A stretch of DNA of 64,000 nucleotides, from assembly GCA_038109055.1 (NCBI GenBank), contig JAYNIM010000001.1:580981-644980 (forward strand). Direction: 5' to 3'. Each line of letters opens with the position of its first letter. Positions within the stretch are counted from its first letter, which is position 1. The DNA is from a bacterium. GTDB taxonomy: Bacteria; Margulisbacteria; Marinamargulisbacteria; GCA-2716485; JAYNIM01. Position numbers and translations under genes: made by a program. The notes beneath the pieces were generated by a model. That model searched no databases, was not told the DNA's origin, and saw nothing but the letters and a program-made list of their open reading frames with translations. Below, piece after piece: positions 1 to 9,192 of this stretch.

Positions 1-1044
1 TTCGGCAGCATCTTCGTGAGCAGCATTTCCATCACTGCTTTCAGTGCCACATTTTTTCATATAGTCTGTTGCTAGTGCCGTTACTTTTGTCACGCCTAAA
101 CTAAGCCACTGTTGAGCATTGAATCCATTAATTTCTGTATTCAAACCTTTGTTAATAAAGAAAATCATTGCCAAAGGCATTGCAATTAAAACAAATTCAT
201 CTCTAGCTCGATCATATCCTGAAAATCCCTCTCTCATTTCATCTGCTGGTAGAACTAATTCATACATACTTCTTGTTAGCTCTTCACTTATACGTTGCAT
301 AGGTAAATATATTCCTATATTAGCTACGGTTGCCATTATAAGATCAAGACATTTTTTGGAATTAGATGATTCTGAATCAGCAAAAATAACTGTAGAGCTT
401 TCAAATAAAGATTTCACTGCAAATAAGCCTAGCATTGCAAGAATAACCCTTTCTGAGTCTTCAACTCTAGTTTCATAGCCACTTGCAGCTCTTGTTTGTA
501 ATTCTGTAATTGTTGGTGTCATGATCTCGTTTAGTTCTGTGGTAAAATCTCTAATCGTCTGATCCATATCCTTTGTAACACTGATTGGATCAGTTGAATT
601 TTTCATTTTAGTCATTGTTTCTTGAATCTCAGCTATAAAGCTTTTAACATCCGGTCCCTCTGGACTATTACTTAGGGCTGATCCATATATGAGTGAAGGT
701 AAAATATCCCTCCAAACATGCACTCCATAAGGTAAAGTTGGCCCATATCTAATCAACATATGTATTATTCTATTCCATACTCCCCCTGATAAAGTCGTAA
801 TAGCAGTAGGTGTAGAAGGAATAGGCACAGGAGCAAGAGCAGCAGGAGCAGCAGGAGCAGCAAGAGCAGCAGGAGCAGCAGGAGCAGCAAGAGCAGCAGG
901 AGCAGCAAGAGCAGCACGAGCAGCACGAGCAGCACGAGCAGCAGGCACAGTAGAAGAAGCCTTAGAAGTATCTGGATTATCACTAGCACTTCTAAACTGT
1001 TGTAATAATTTTTTATCACCCATTCCTATTACTCTACTCATCAT
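1..1044 (-). CDS. Orphan hypothetical protein with AA[P/L/R] low-complexity repeat; 3' end runs off the window (>=348 aa)
   Basis: Not in ORF track. Read manually: GGAGGG RBS at 1048-1053, ATG at 1044, MMSRVIGMGDKKLLQQFRSASDNPDTSKASSTVPAARAARAARAALAAPAA..., frame continues to ...MKKCGTESSDGNAAHEDAAE at base 1. Confidence 0.85.
   Translation of the reverse strand, partial: MMSRVIGMGDKKLLQQFRSASDNPDTSKASSTVPAARAARAARAALAAPAALAAPAAPAALAAPAAPAALAPVPIPSTPTAITTLSGGVWNRIIHMLIRYGPTLPYGVHVWRDILPSLIYGSALSNSPEGPDVKSFIAEIQETMTKMKNSTDPISVTKDMDQTIRDFTTELNEIMTPTITELQTRAASGYETRVEDSERVILAMLGLFAVKSLFESSTVIFADSESSNSKKCLDLIMATVANIGIYLPMQRISEELTRSMYELVLPADEMREGFSGYDRARDEFVLIAMPLAMIFFINKGLNTEINGFNAQQWLSLGVTKVTALATDYMKKCGTESSDGNAAHEDAAE
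835..945. repeat. 9-bp tandem repeat (agcagcagg/agcagcaag/agcagcacg), about 12 units, coding A-A-[P/L/R] on minus strand
   Basis: Directly visible periodicity. Confidence 0.9.
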
Positions 1045-1330
1045 TTACCCTCCATAATACTGCTTAATTGTAAATAGTTAACGGATAGTTTAATTTATAA
1101 TTTCATTTAGTTTAGAACAAACTTGCCTTTTCAGTATTGCCCCTCTTACATTATAGAAAGAAATATTGTCTAAAAATTAACGTTTTTACCCAGTCGTTGA
1201 TACTGTTAAATGGCGCTATAAAATTTTAAATATGCTCAATCAGCTAAACATAGAAAGACTTTAGCTTCTGTATTCTGAAGCATAAAATAATACAACGATT
1301 GCAGCATTATTATTTTAGAGAGGCGCTTTC

Positions 1331-1972
1331 TTAAGCTAAAAATTGTTGCCCTACTACAGTGGCCAAGACCGTTACCTGGGAAAGTAAAAATAAGGTTTGA
1401 TCGTTTTGTTGATTTAGGTCTTGGCCATAGGTGTTATCTTGATGCACGTATGTTTTTGCAATACTTAACTCATTGTGTTGGTTTTTATATAAAATATAGT
1501 GATCAGATCGATAGTTTTGATCGATACTTTGCTGAAAAATCACTAAATCTTTGGGTCTAAACATGGGTAAGAAAGCTGGACGTTGTATTTGTATTGCTAC
1601 TAATGGATGTTGATGAGCAGGATACTCTAGATTTTGTTTGCTTAAATACTGACATTGATTCCATTCATCTTTTTCTAACTTTTCTATAAGATCCCAGGAT
1701 ACAATCGGAACCTCTGTTATTTTCTTAACTATTTTACTGCTTGGGGGTGTATTTTTCTTTTGATTGATATATCCTAACATTTCTAATAGTTCTTCGTAAT
1801 CTAATGTTAATGGTTCTGCAATTTTTTGGAGTATTTCAGGGTGAGGATTCTGAATATCTCCGTCTTCTAAACGATAGAGCATACTGTAGCTTAGGCCGCT
1901 TCGCTGAGCGAGTTCGAGCAAGGTGTAGCCTTTTTCTTTTCGTGTGATATGTAAGAGTTCTGAAAATTTCAT
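1331..1972 (-). CDS. XRE/CI-like HTH regulator with degenerate C-terminal S24-like domain
   Basis: N-term RKEKGYTLLELAQRSGLSYSMLYRLEDG HTH; VPIVSW linker; AIQIQRPAFLPMFRPKDLVIF resembles S24 GDSM.P region without the Ser. Confidence 0.8.
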   Translation of the reverse strand: MKFSELLHITRKEKGYTLLELAQRSGLSYSMLYRLEDGDIQNPHPEILQKIAEPLTLDYEELLEMLGYINQKKNTPPSSKIVKKITEVPIVSWDLIEKLEKDEWNQCQYLSKQNLEYPAHQHPLVAIQIQRPAFLPMFRPKDLVIFQQSIDQNYRSDHYILYKNQHNELSIAKTYVHQDNTYGQDLNQQNDQTLFLLSQVTVLATVVGQQFLA

Positions 1973-2021
1973 TTTTTTGCTTTATTTCCTACTTTTTTTG
2001 GTATTTATCGTCACAAATATT

Positions 2022-2066
2022 AACTTTAAATTTAAAGTTTACAAAAAAATATTTAATTGTTAGACT
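2022..2066 (+). promoter_or_regulatory. Perfect 18-bp palindrome AACTTTAAATTTAAAGTT (2022-2039) abutting a sigma70-like promoter TTTACA-N17-TAGACT
   Basis: Seen in sequence between divergent genes at 1972 and 2122. Confidence 0.55.
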
Positions 2067-2121
2067 TACCTTTATAATATCCAATTATAAATACTCCTAA
2101 AAAAAATATTCATATATAAAT

Positions 2122-2478
2122 ATGACTCAACGCATACTAATTTATGATCAAAACCCACATTTGGCAATGATATTGACCTTATTTGTTGATCACTATTGCT
2201 TTTCTGTTGTTAAATCTACGCAGGCTCTCGAAGAGGAATCTCAGCATTCTTTCTCCTTATTGATTCTTGTTCAAGAGGCTATTTCTCGTTCTCTCTTTTC
2301 TTTTTTTAACTCTTATAAACAACGTTACCCAAAAGTTAAATTTTTACTCTTAAGCAATCAACTTGACCTTTTGAGACAGTGGAAAAATATATCGGATCTT
2401 GTGTTGTGTGATTGGACATTAGGGGATCCTCGAATTATTCAAGCGATTGATACTCTATGTCCTATTCGAACATCATAA
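2122..2478 (+). CDS. Atypical stand-alone receiver (CheY-like) domain protein
   Basis: RILIYDQNPHL..., FSLLIL, RYPKVKFLLLS pattern; 118 aa; phosphoacceptor Asp appears absent. Confidence 0.55.
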   Translation: MTQRILIYDQNPHLAMILTLFVDHYCFSVVKSTQALEEESQHSFSLLILVQEAISRSLFSFFNSYKQRYPKVKFLLLSNQLDLLRQWKNISDLVLCDWTLGDPRIIQAIDTLCPIRTS

Positions 2479-2494
2479 ACCAAAACTAGATTGC

Positions 2495-2833
2495 CTAATC
2501 ATGATCTTCCTTGGTCATTAAGACAACCAAATCTACGACTGTTTTTAATTTTGCTTTTTTCAATTTAGGTAATTCATGTAACAACCTTGAAAACAGTGTT
2601 TGCTTGTCTTCTTCTTCAAAAAAAGGAAATAAATCAAAAATAATCGTATCTAAGACTCCTTGCAACTCCCCCAACAACTTTATTGATGGATGAGCAGCGC
2701 CAATTTCGATACGTCCGATATGTGCAAGGGTACAGCCCACTTTTTCTGCTAGTTCTTTCTGTGTCAGTCTTTTACGTTTTCTGGCGGTTTTTATCATTGT
2801 GCCTATTTCTATTTGATTTAGCACCTTTGTCAT
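2495..2833 (-). CDS. XRE-family HTH transcriptional regulator
   Basis: IKTARKRKRLTQKELAEKVGCTLAHIGRIEIGAAHPS. Confidence 0.9.
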   Translation of the reverse strand: MTKVLNQIEIGTMIKTARKRKRLTQKELAEKVGCTLAHIGRIEIGAAHPSIKLLGELQGVLDTIIFDLFPFFEEEDKQTLFSRLLHELPKLKKAKLKTVVDLVVLMTKEDHD

Positions 2834-2927
2834 CGCTGAATCCTACCTTATTATTGCTATTTTTGTCGAGATTTTTATTGATCAAGGTTTGGTTGCTTTA
2901 ATCCTCTTCCTTTCTTACACTATCATT

Positions 2928-4247
2928 GTGAAAAAAATTTGTTACCTTCTTTTTTTAGGTAGACACCCCATTGATCACGTGCAGAGTATCCCCTTTCTTC
3001 GTGCACTACGTGATAAAAAAGAGACACTGTCTATTCACTGCATTGCCTCGTCGTCTGTCACAGATATCCTTGTTAAAAATACGCTTATCGACCATCTCTT
3101 TGAGCCCCCATCGACACCTCGTCAATATTGGCAGCTTATGCAGGATTGCCGGCAACATCGCTATGATGTATATGTGGATTTAAGTGTTGGCCAGTCTCTA
3201 TCTGCTCTTTTGGGATTTTGTTTGCAAATTCCCAAACGTGTCAGCTTTCAGGGCTCTTTTTCCTCCCTTTTTTTTACCAACATATTGCCTATGATCAATA
3301 GCCATCATCATCTAGATCGTTTGTCGTTATTAGCTGATTTTTTTACCTGTTCCCTTTCATTCTCTCTTATGACCTTTCAGTCAGATCCTGTCTCTCAAAG
3401 ACAGCTCCAACTGGACTCTACTAATTATTTTGTACAAGGCCGAAAATGTTGCCTTGTTGTTCTTACGGCATCCTTACTTCCCTATAAAAACGTGATTACA
3501 AAACTGCTCAAACAACTCCAAGATCGTGAGTTTAATCTATGGATTGCAGGTGAGGGTAAGCATGACTGGAATTTTGACTCTAGATCTGCTTATGTTGTTT
3601 CATTAGACACCTGGGACCCTGGAGTTCTACAAGAGGCCTTATCTGCTTGTGACGTCTTTATAGGGACTGAAACCGTTTTGGCACAAACCGCTGCACTTCA
3701 ACATAAAGCCCTACTATTATTAACCCTATCCCCCCATTATTCCTCCTTTGTGTCTTCCCCAATTTCACCTTACCTTCGTCGTGTTCATCTCTGTACTAAA
3801 CGCTCGTCTCAGGCACTTGCTTATGACTTATTTCAATGTTTTGGCGAGCTCTGCTATGCAAAATCTCAGAATAATCATTCCACTATCCCTCAGCAGATTG
3901 CACGGTCTTTTTACCATCATTCGCCGCTCTTATCTGTCCTCTCAACCTATGAAGACTCACAACATTTTTCACAGGTATCTCAACGTCTAGAGTCAAAGGG
4001 ACTTCAGTTGTATCCCTTTTATTTTAAAGCGGCATCGCTTCGTTGCTTTGTGGCCTTGTTTCGCCTGATCCTTTCTAAAAAAATTGTTCTTATCCATGGC
4101 CCTGTGCCTTTTTGGATGCGAGCTCTTTTGTTGTTGTTCTTTTTCTTTATCCCCCATGTGCCTGCTCCGACCTTTTTCAAACTTCCTCTTACTTCCCATA
4201 TTTCATCTGCAGATCTCTATCGTTCACACCGTCAACGTCTTGCTTAA
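2928..4247 (+). CDS. Divergent glycosyltransferase family 9 (heptosyltransferase-like) protein with C-terminal extension
   Basis: PIDHVQSIPFLRALR, RYDVYVDL, IPKRVSF, ACDVFIGTETVLAQTAA match GT9 motifs in degenerate form; GTG at 2928 preferred over 2889. Confidence 0.6.
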   Translation: MKKICYLLFLGRHPIDHVQSIPFLRALRDKKETLSIHCIASSSVTDILVKNTLIDHLFEPPSTPRQYWQLMQDCRQHRYDVYVDLSVGQSLSALLGFCLQIPKRVSFQGSFSSLFFTNILPMINSHHHLDRLSLLADFFTCSLSFSLMTFQSDPVSQRQLQLDSTNYFVQGRKCCLVVLTASLLPYKNVITKLLKQLQDREFNLWIAGEGKHDWNFDSRSAYVVSLDTWDPGVLQEALSACDVFIGTETVLAQTAALQHKALLLLTLSPHYSSFVSSPISPYLRRVHLCTKRSSQALAYDLFQCFGELCYAKSQNNHSTIPQQIARSFYHHSPLLSVLSTYEDSQHFSQVSQRLESKGLQLYPFYFKAASLRCFVALFRLILSKKIVLIHGPVPFWMRALLLLFFFFIPHVPAPTFFKLPLTSHISSADLYRSHRQRLA

Positions 4248-4310
4248 ATTCTTTACATGTTCCTTCTTTTCTTGTTAGATTAAGTGCAATTCTTAATTTT
4301 TGGAGTTTAT

Positions 4311-4985
4311 ATGAATTTATCACGTCTTACTCAAAAGATTATCTTTGTCTCGTTGTTTTTTTCTGCTCACGTTTTTGCTATACCTAGCCTTTCTGTCTCA
4401 GGTGGTTTACATTTTTCTGATTATTCCTTGGGTCAATTGCAAGTTGAACATGAAAAAATCTTGCTCTCAACTCATTATGACTCATATAAAGATCGTATTG
4501 GTATTAAAAAATCTCAGATGACTGTGGGTTGGTATTTGGGTGCTGCCACTAAATTTTCATTATTTCCTACTATTAAACTATCTATAGGCGCTAACCTAAG
4601 CCGTAAAGGGACCATTGTTGTTGAAGGGGCAAAAGTGGCAGCGTCTGAGTTGCCGTCTAACCTTCCTTCTGTGCTTAGTACCTTAGCAAATGTTGAAAAA
4701 AAAGTATCGTATTATTTTACCTATATCGAGGTCCCTGTATTGGCTAGTTTCGAACTCCCTCTCCCTTTTGCTCCCCGTGCTTTTGCAGGTCTTTCTGCAG
4801 GGTATCTTATTGATGAAAATGCAGCTTTTGATGTCGATAAAACAGATCTTTCTGGCCGTTTAGGTGTCTCAGTAAAACCCCTTCCTTTTATCCATGTTGT
4901 CTTAGAGCATCAGCGTGGATTACAAGGCCCCATCAACGAGACTAAAAGTACCGTTAATAGTATTGGTGTTAAGTTCGAAATTTAG
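4311..4985 (+). CDS. Outer-membrane beta-barrel protein (PorT/OmpA-like barrel)
   Basis: GGAG RBS, ATG 4311, signal peptide ..AHVFA, YIEVPVLA, AFAGLSAGYL, C-terminal GVKFEI. Confidence 0.65.
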   Translation: MNLSRLTQKIIFVSLFFSAHVFAIPSLSVSGGLHFSDYSLGQLQVEHEKILLSTHYDSYKDRIGIKKSQMTVGWYLGAATKFSLFPTIKLSIGANLSRKGTIVVEGAKVAASELPSNLPSVLSTLANVEKKVSYYFTYIEVPVLASFELPLPFAPRAFAGLSAGYLIDENAAFDVDKTDLSGRLGVSVKPLPFIHVVLEHQRGLQGPINETKSTVNSIGVKFEI

Positions 4986-5002
4986 ATAGACCGTATTCTT
5001 CG

Positions 5003-6946
5003 TTGATTCCCACACAGCAGGCTTTGTCCACTCAACTTGATGACTTTATACACCATTGCCATACGCTCTATTCATCCTCTGATTCTGTTTGTGATTTCGA
5101 AACACTCTATGAATGGTCTCTGAGGCATTCCGCTGATTTCTGGGCCTCTCTTTGGTCGTTTTCTGATCTTATTACTCAGCATTCTATCGTAAATCCTTAC
5201 AAAAAAAGTTCTGATGTTCGTCAAGCAACATGGTTTTGTGGCGCTCGTTTAAATTTTGCTGAAAACTGTTTACGCTTTCGGGATGATCAGGTGGCGCTTT
5301 ACTATCAGTCTGAAACAACGCCTCTTCAGCAGCTCAGCTATCTTGAGCTCTATAATGCCGTAAGTCGCTGGGTTTGCGTCTTTAATGAATTGGGATTAAC
5401 GCCTGGTGATCGTGTGGCTGCCTCTATGACAAATTGTCCTGAAACGCTTATTGCGATGTTGGCTGTCACGGCTTTAGGAGGTGTTTGGTCTAGCTGCTCA
5501 CCTGATTTTGGGCGACAGGCCTTGTATGATCGTTTCTCTCAGATTTCTCCACGTTTTTTTATTTCTTGCGATGCGTATCAGCACAAAGGTAGGTTATTTG
5601 ACTGTCGTGAACTTATGCAAGGTGTTGCCGCCGACTGCGGCCTATCGGATCAGCACTTGTGGGTTAGCTCTGGGCTATTACCTCAGCCCTCACGACCTTG
5701 TCTGATCAATCTTGCCTCTCAGCAGGATGTTTGTCGTATTCCTTTTGTGCAATGTGAGGCAGAAGACCCTTTATATATTTTATTTTCTTCTGGCACGACT
5801 GGGACGCCAAAATGTTTGGTTCATGGGATTGCTGGCACCTTACTACAGCATATCAAAGAACATCGTTTACACTGTGATCTTCGTCGTAAAGACACTCTTT
5901 TTTACTACAGTACCTGTGCTTGGATGATGTGGAATTGGTTGGTATCTGGCTTAGCGACAGGTTGTTCGATTGTATTAGTGGATGGAGACCCTTTTTACCC
6001 CGATTATTTACGTTTGTGGCACTTAGTTGACAGTTGTCAGATCTCTGTCTTTGGCACTTCACCCAAATATCTGAGTACCTTGGCAGCTAAAAAAGTCCGT
6101 CTTCCTGATCGTCTTTCTGTTCGCTCTTTACGCCTCTTGCTTAGTACAGGCGCCCCTCTAAGTCAACACAATCGTGAATATGTCTCTGACGTTATTAAAA
6201 AAGACCTTCGTATTTCGTCGATTTCTGGTGGAACAGACATTATTTCCTGTTTCGCTTTAGGACGCCCTGATAACGCGCCTCATCAAGGGGCACTTGCCTG
6301 TCGTGGCTTGGGCATGGCTGTGGATGTTTTTGATAGCCAAGGCCGCTCCTTGCGAAACCAGGTTGGTGAATTGGTCTGTACTGCCCCTTTTCCCTGCATG
6401 CCTCTTGGCTTTTATAATGATATGGATCAAAAACGATATCGGGCCAGTTATTTTGATCATTATCCTTCTATATGGCGTCATGGAGATTTAGCCACCTTAT
6501 ATTCAGATGGATCTATGGATATTTGGGGCCGAAGTGACGCTACCTTAAACCCCTCAGGCGTGCGTATTGGCAGCGCAGATATTTATTCTGCTCTTGATAC
6601 GCTAGATGAGGTTATGGATGCCGTTGCGGTGTCTCAACGCTGGAAAGATGATCAGCGCATTGTCCTCTTTGTCGAACTTGCTAAAGGAATCTCTTTAAGT
6701 TCTTCTCTTAAGAAAACCATCAAAACAGTGATCAGCCAGCGCTGTTCCCCATATCATGTCCCTAAAGTCATTGCCGCCTGTCCCGGAATCCCCTATACGC
6801 GTAATGCAAAAAAAGTTGAACTGGCTGTTAAGCAAAGTATCCATCAAGAATCCGTCCCTCAAAAATCCTCCCTGATTAATCCCGATATTCTGGATTTTTA
6901 TTATGCCTGGGGAGCGGCGTCTAAAGGATCAACTAAGCCACAATGA
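5003..6946 (+). CDS. Acetoacetate--CoA ligase
   Basis: WFCGARLNFAENCL, WSSCSPDFG, YILFSSGTTGTPKC, SISGGTDIISCF, GRSDATLNPSGVRIGS. Confidence 0.93.
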   Translation: MIPTQQALSTQLDDFIHHCHTLYSSSDSVCDFETLYEWSLRHSADFWASLWSFSDLITQHSIVNPYKKSSDVRQATWFCGARLNFAENCLRFRDDQVALYYQSETTPLQQLSYLELYNAVSRWVCVFNELGLTPGDRVAASMTNCPETLIAMLAVTALGGVWSSCSPDFGRQALYDRFSQISPRFFISCDAYQHKGRLFDCRELMQGVAADCGLSDQHLWVSSGLLPQPSRPCLINLASQQDVCRIPFVQCEAEDPLYILFSSGTTGTPKCLVHGIAGTLLQHIKEHRLHCDLRRKDTLFYYSTCAWMMWNWLVSGLATGCSIVLVDGDPFYPDYLRLWHLVDSCQISVFGTSPKYLSTLAAKKVRLPDRLSVRSLRLLLSTGAPLSQHNREYVSDVIKKDLRISSISGGTDIISCFALGRPDNAPHQGALACRGLGMAVDVFDSQGRSLRNQVGELVCTAPFPCMPLGFYNDMDQKRYRASYFDHYPSIWRHGDLATLYSDGSMDIWGRSDATLNPSGVRIGSADIYSALDTLDEVMDAVAVSQRWKDDQRIVLFVELAKGISLSSSLKKTIKTVISQRCSPYHVPKVIAACPGIPYTRNAKKVELAVKQSIHQESVPQKSSLINPDILDFYYAWGAASKGSTKPQ

Positions 6947-7578
6947 TCAAAACCTTTTTTGCGTAGTTTACAGGCCGGGCAGTTTTGACAGGGGGGGCGT
7001 TTTCCCTCGTAGCAAGTATGGGTATCCGCGTACCAGTCTAACTTACCTAAGTCTTGCATTAAGCGAATACTTTGGGCCTTGCTTAACTGCATTAAAGGTG
7101 TGTGGAGGGTCATGGGGGTATCCAAGGCAAGAGACAGTGTTTGTTGCAGGGCGGTTACAAAGTTTTGCCGGCAATCTGGGTACCCTGAATAATCACTTTG
7201 ACAGACACCCGTTACCACATGGGCATCGCCCTGCTGATACGCCCAAGTGGCGGCAATCGACAAAAAAAAGACATTTCGTCCGGGCACAAAGGTACTGGGA
7301 AGCTCATTCTCTTTTTGAGTAATATGACAGTTTGGATCAGTGAGTGCATTTTTGCCTAATTGGGGGATAAAATCTAGTTTTAGACAGTGGTAGTCTACCT
7401 TGGCTCTTTTTGCTAATCTTTTGGCAGACTCACATTCGATTCGATGCCGTTGGCCATAATCAAACCCTAGGGTTCTAACCGCAGAAAATGTCTCTAATGC
7501 CCAGGCCAAACAGGTGGCAGAGTCTTGGCCGCCAGACAGTAAGACGGTGGCCGATGCTTCTTGGTGTTTTTTTCTCAT
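6901..7578 (-). CDS. queC: 7-cyano-7-deazaguanine synthase
   Basis: LSGGQDSATC, FDYGQRH, TFVPGRN, SGYPDCR, TCY..C..CPAC. Confidence 0.97.
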   Translation of the reverse strand: MRKKHQEASATVLLSGGQDSATCLAWALETFSAVRTLGFDYGQRHRIECESAKRLAKRAKVDYHCLKLDFIPQLGKNALTDPNCHITQKENELPSTFVPGRNVFFLSIAATWAYQQGDAHVVTGVCQSDYSGYPDCRQNFVTALQQTLSLALDTPMTLHTPLMQLSKAQSIRLMQDLGKLDWYADTHTCYEGKRPPCQNCPACKLRKKGFDHCGLVDPLDAAPQA

Positions 7579-7628
7579 CGGGGATAGTATAGCATTTTGT
7601 AAATTATACTGTGATCAATAAGGCCCCT

Positions 7629-8945
7629 TTAGCAACGTTCTAATGAAAAAAGGCAATCTGATAACACATTTAGTGCATATGCTACTACTTTGAGCCTTTC
7701 TTTTTGTGTCTCTGTAATCCCTAATTTATTAATGTCTGTTAAATTGTGGCGCAATTGTTTCCAATACCCTATTCTTTCTAATGAGTTAAGGTAGTCAGCA
7801 ATTTGAGCAGGCTCTTCAAGCCTTCTTTGGTTTGATGTTTGGGGGTCATTTTTACATGCTAAGGCATATAAATGTTGAGCAATATTACCTTGAGGCATAC
7901 CGTCGTCTTCTTGATTCTTTGTGACGGTATATTTGTTATGATAATCATTAGGACATAAATATCCTCCTTGTGCTTCTAATTCCATCAACAGCTCATTTGC
8001 TTTCTTTATTGACTGATCTTTCACGCATATTTCTTCTTCTAGCCTAGCCTTAAATCCCTTGATCTGTTCACTGCTGTCTAGGCGTACATAAGGCGTTAAT
8101 ACTGTCTTGACTTCTTGCACTATTTTGAGTGAACAACCCCTTTGTTTTTCTTTCCATAATGTCTCTAACTGCTTCATATGGGTATCTGTATAGTTTTCTG
8201 GTACATTGCTGGCCTCATCTCCAAAGTGTTCTCTGATCAAAGTTGCTCTAACTTCACCGCCTATCTCTGCGATGTTTGCGATATTATCCAACCACGCGTT
8301 TACATTGTTTCTTAGTTGATTATATCGTTCTTTTTTTCTTCCTTTTTGCCTGTTTCTTTTTGTCCTCTTTTTTTCTGCTTTCTTTATTCGTGATCTCGCT
8401 TCTTCTTCCGTTATTTTTTCTAATTGAGCAAAAAAAAGTTCTAATTTAACTTTATTGTTTTTGTTAGTCTCCTTTTTCATCTCTTCTATGTTATCTTTTG
8501 TTAGATTCATTTTTTTTACCTGTTCTATCAGCTGGGAAAAGGCTTCATCATTTTCACCTAAAGAAAGAATTTCGTTTTTCAACGAGGCTAATCGGCTGCT
8601 TTTAGACACTATACCATTTCTTTCTAGTGTATTTACAACATCTTCCATCAAGTAGCATGCTCCAAAATATTTACTGTGTAGTATAGCCTTACTCAATGCC
8701 TCTGCTATCTTACTATTTTTCGTACAGTACCATAATTTATTACAGATAGCTGGTGGCCATTCTTGTTTAGATAATTCAGTCTCAACACTCTTTATATCTT
8801 CTGTTATAATTGCAAGACATAATTTTTCTAAATTTTGGTCTCCAAATGCCTTGGCTGCTTCTATTATCTTATTTATGTCATTAGCTAATTCCATCACGTC
8901 TAAACGTGATACTTTAGTTGGTCCTGATGCTGTTACTGATCTCAT
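7629..8945 (-). CDS. Orphan K/E-rich helical protein with basic NLS-like stretch
   Basis: 438-aa ORF with AAGGAG RBS; no recognisable family; KKAEKKRTKRNRQKGRKKER. Confidence 0.75.
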   Translation of the reverse strand: MRSVTASGPTKVSRLDVMELANDINKIIEAAKAFGDQNLEKLCLAIITEDIKSVETELSKQEWPPAICNKLWYCTKNSKIAEALSKAILHSKYFGACYLMEDVVNTLERNGIVSKSSRLASLKNEILSLGENDEAFSQLIEQVKKMNLTKDNIEEMKKETNKNNKVKLELFFAQLEKITEEEARSRIKKAEKKRTKRNRQKGRKKERYNQLRNNVNAWLDNIANIAEIGGEVRATLIREHFGDEASNVPENYTDTHMKQLETLWKEKQRGCSLKIVQEVKTVLTPYVRLDSSEQIKGFKARLEEEICVKDQSIKKANELLMELEAQGGYLCPNDYHNKYTVTKNQEDDGMPQGNIAQHLYALACKNDPQTSNQRRLEEPAQIADYLNSLERIGYWKQLRHNLTDINKLGITETQKERLKVVAYALNVLSDCLFSLERC

Positions 8946-9123
8946 ATTAATTCTCCTTTTTGTTCATTTTTGTTTTCCTTCACTGTCCGTTAATTTCTAT
9001 ATTAGAAATAAGCTTACACTTTATTTAAAAACGATACTATTCTTTTCTGATTCGGATTCTGTAAATCATTTATAAACATGCCTATTAGCTAGGTTGATCT
9101 CTTCTTTTTTTTCTGTGCTCCCT

Positions 9124-9151
9124 TTGAGCCTTTTCTGATTTATGTTACAAT
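9124..9151 (+). promoter_or_regulatory. Putative sigma70 promoter of typA (TTGAGC-N16-TACAAT, TGn extended -10)
   Basis: Consensus match ~40 bp upstream of ATG. Confidence 0.45.
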
Positions 9152-9192
9152 CATCCCCTTATTGGGAAGATATAGGATAAGGATGAACTATT

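Noticed and set aside
119..478. 119-aa plus-strand ORF
   Set aside because: Antisense shadow of the 1..1044 gene
765..1019. 84-aa poly-Leu ORF on minus strand
   Set aside because: Alternative frame of the 9-bp repeat inside the real 1..1044 gene
1066..1076. Shared TATTTACAATT upstream of orphan genes (also 48789-48799) as an effector-regulon motif
   Set aside because: Different distances to starts, explained by ordinary sigma70 elements in AT-rich DNA, not found before the other orphans
1331..2833. Prophage immunity region
   Set aside because: No integrase, replication or structural phage genes nearby
7579..7628. preQ1 riboswitch upstream of queC
   Set aside because: Only 50 bp; no recognisable stem, loop consensus or A-rich tail
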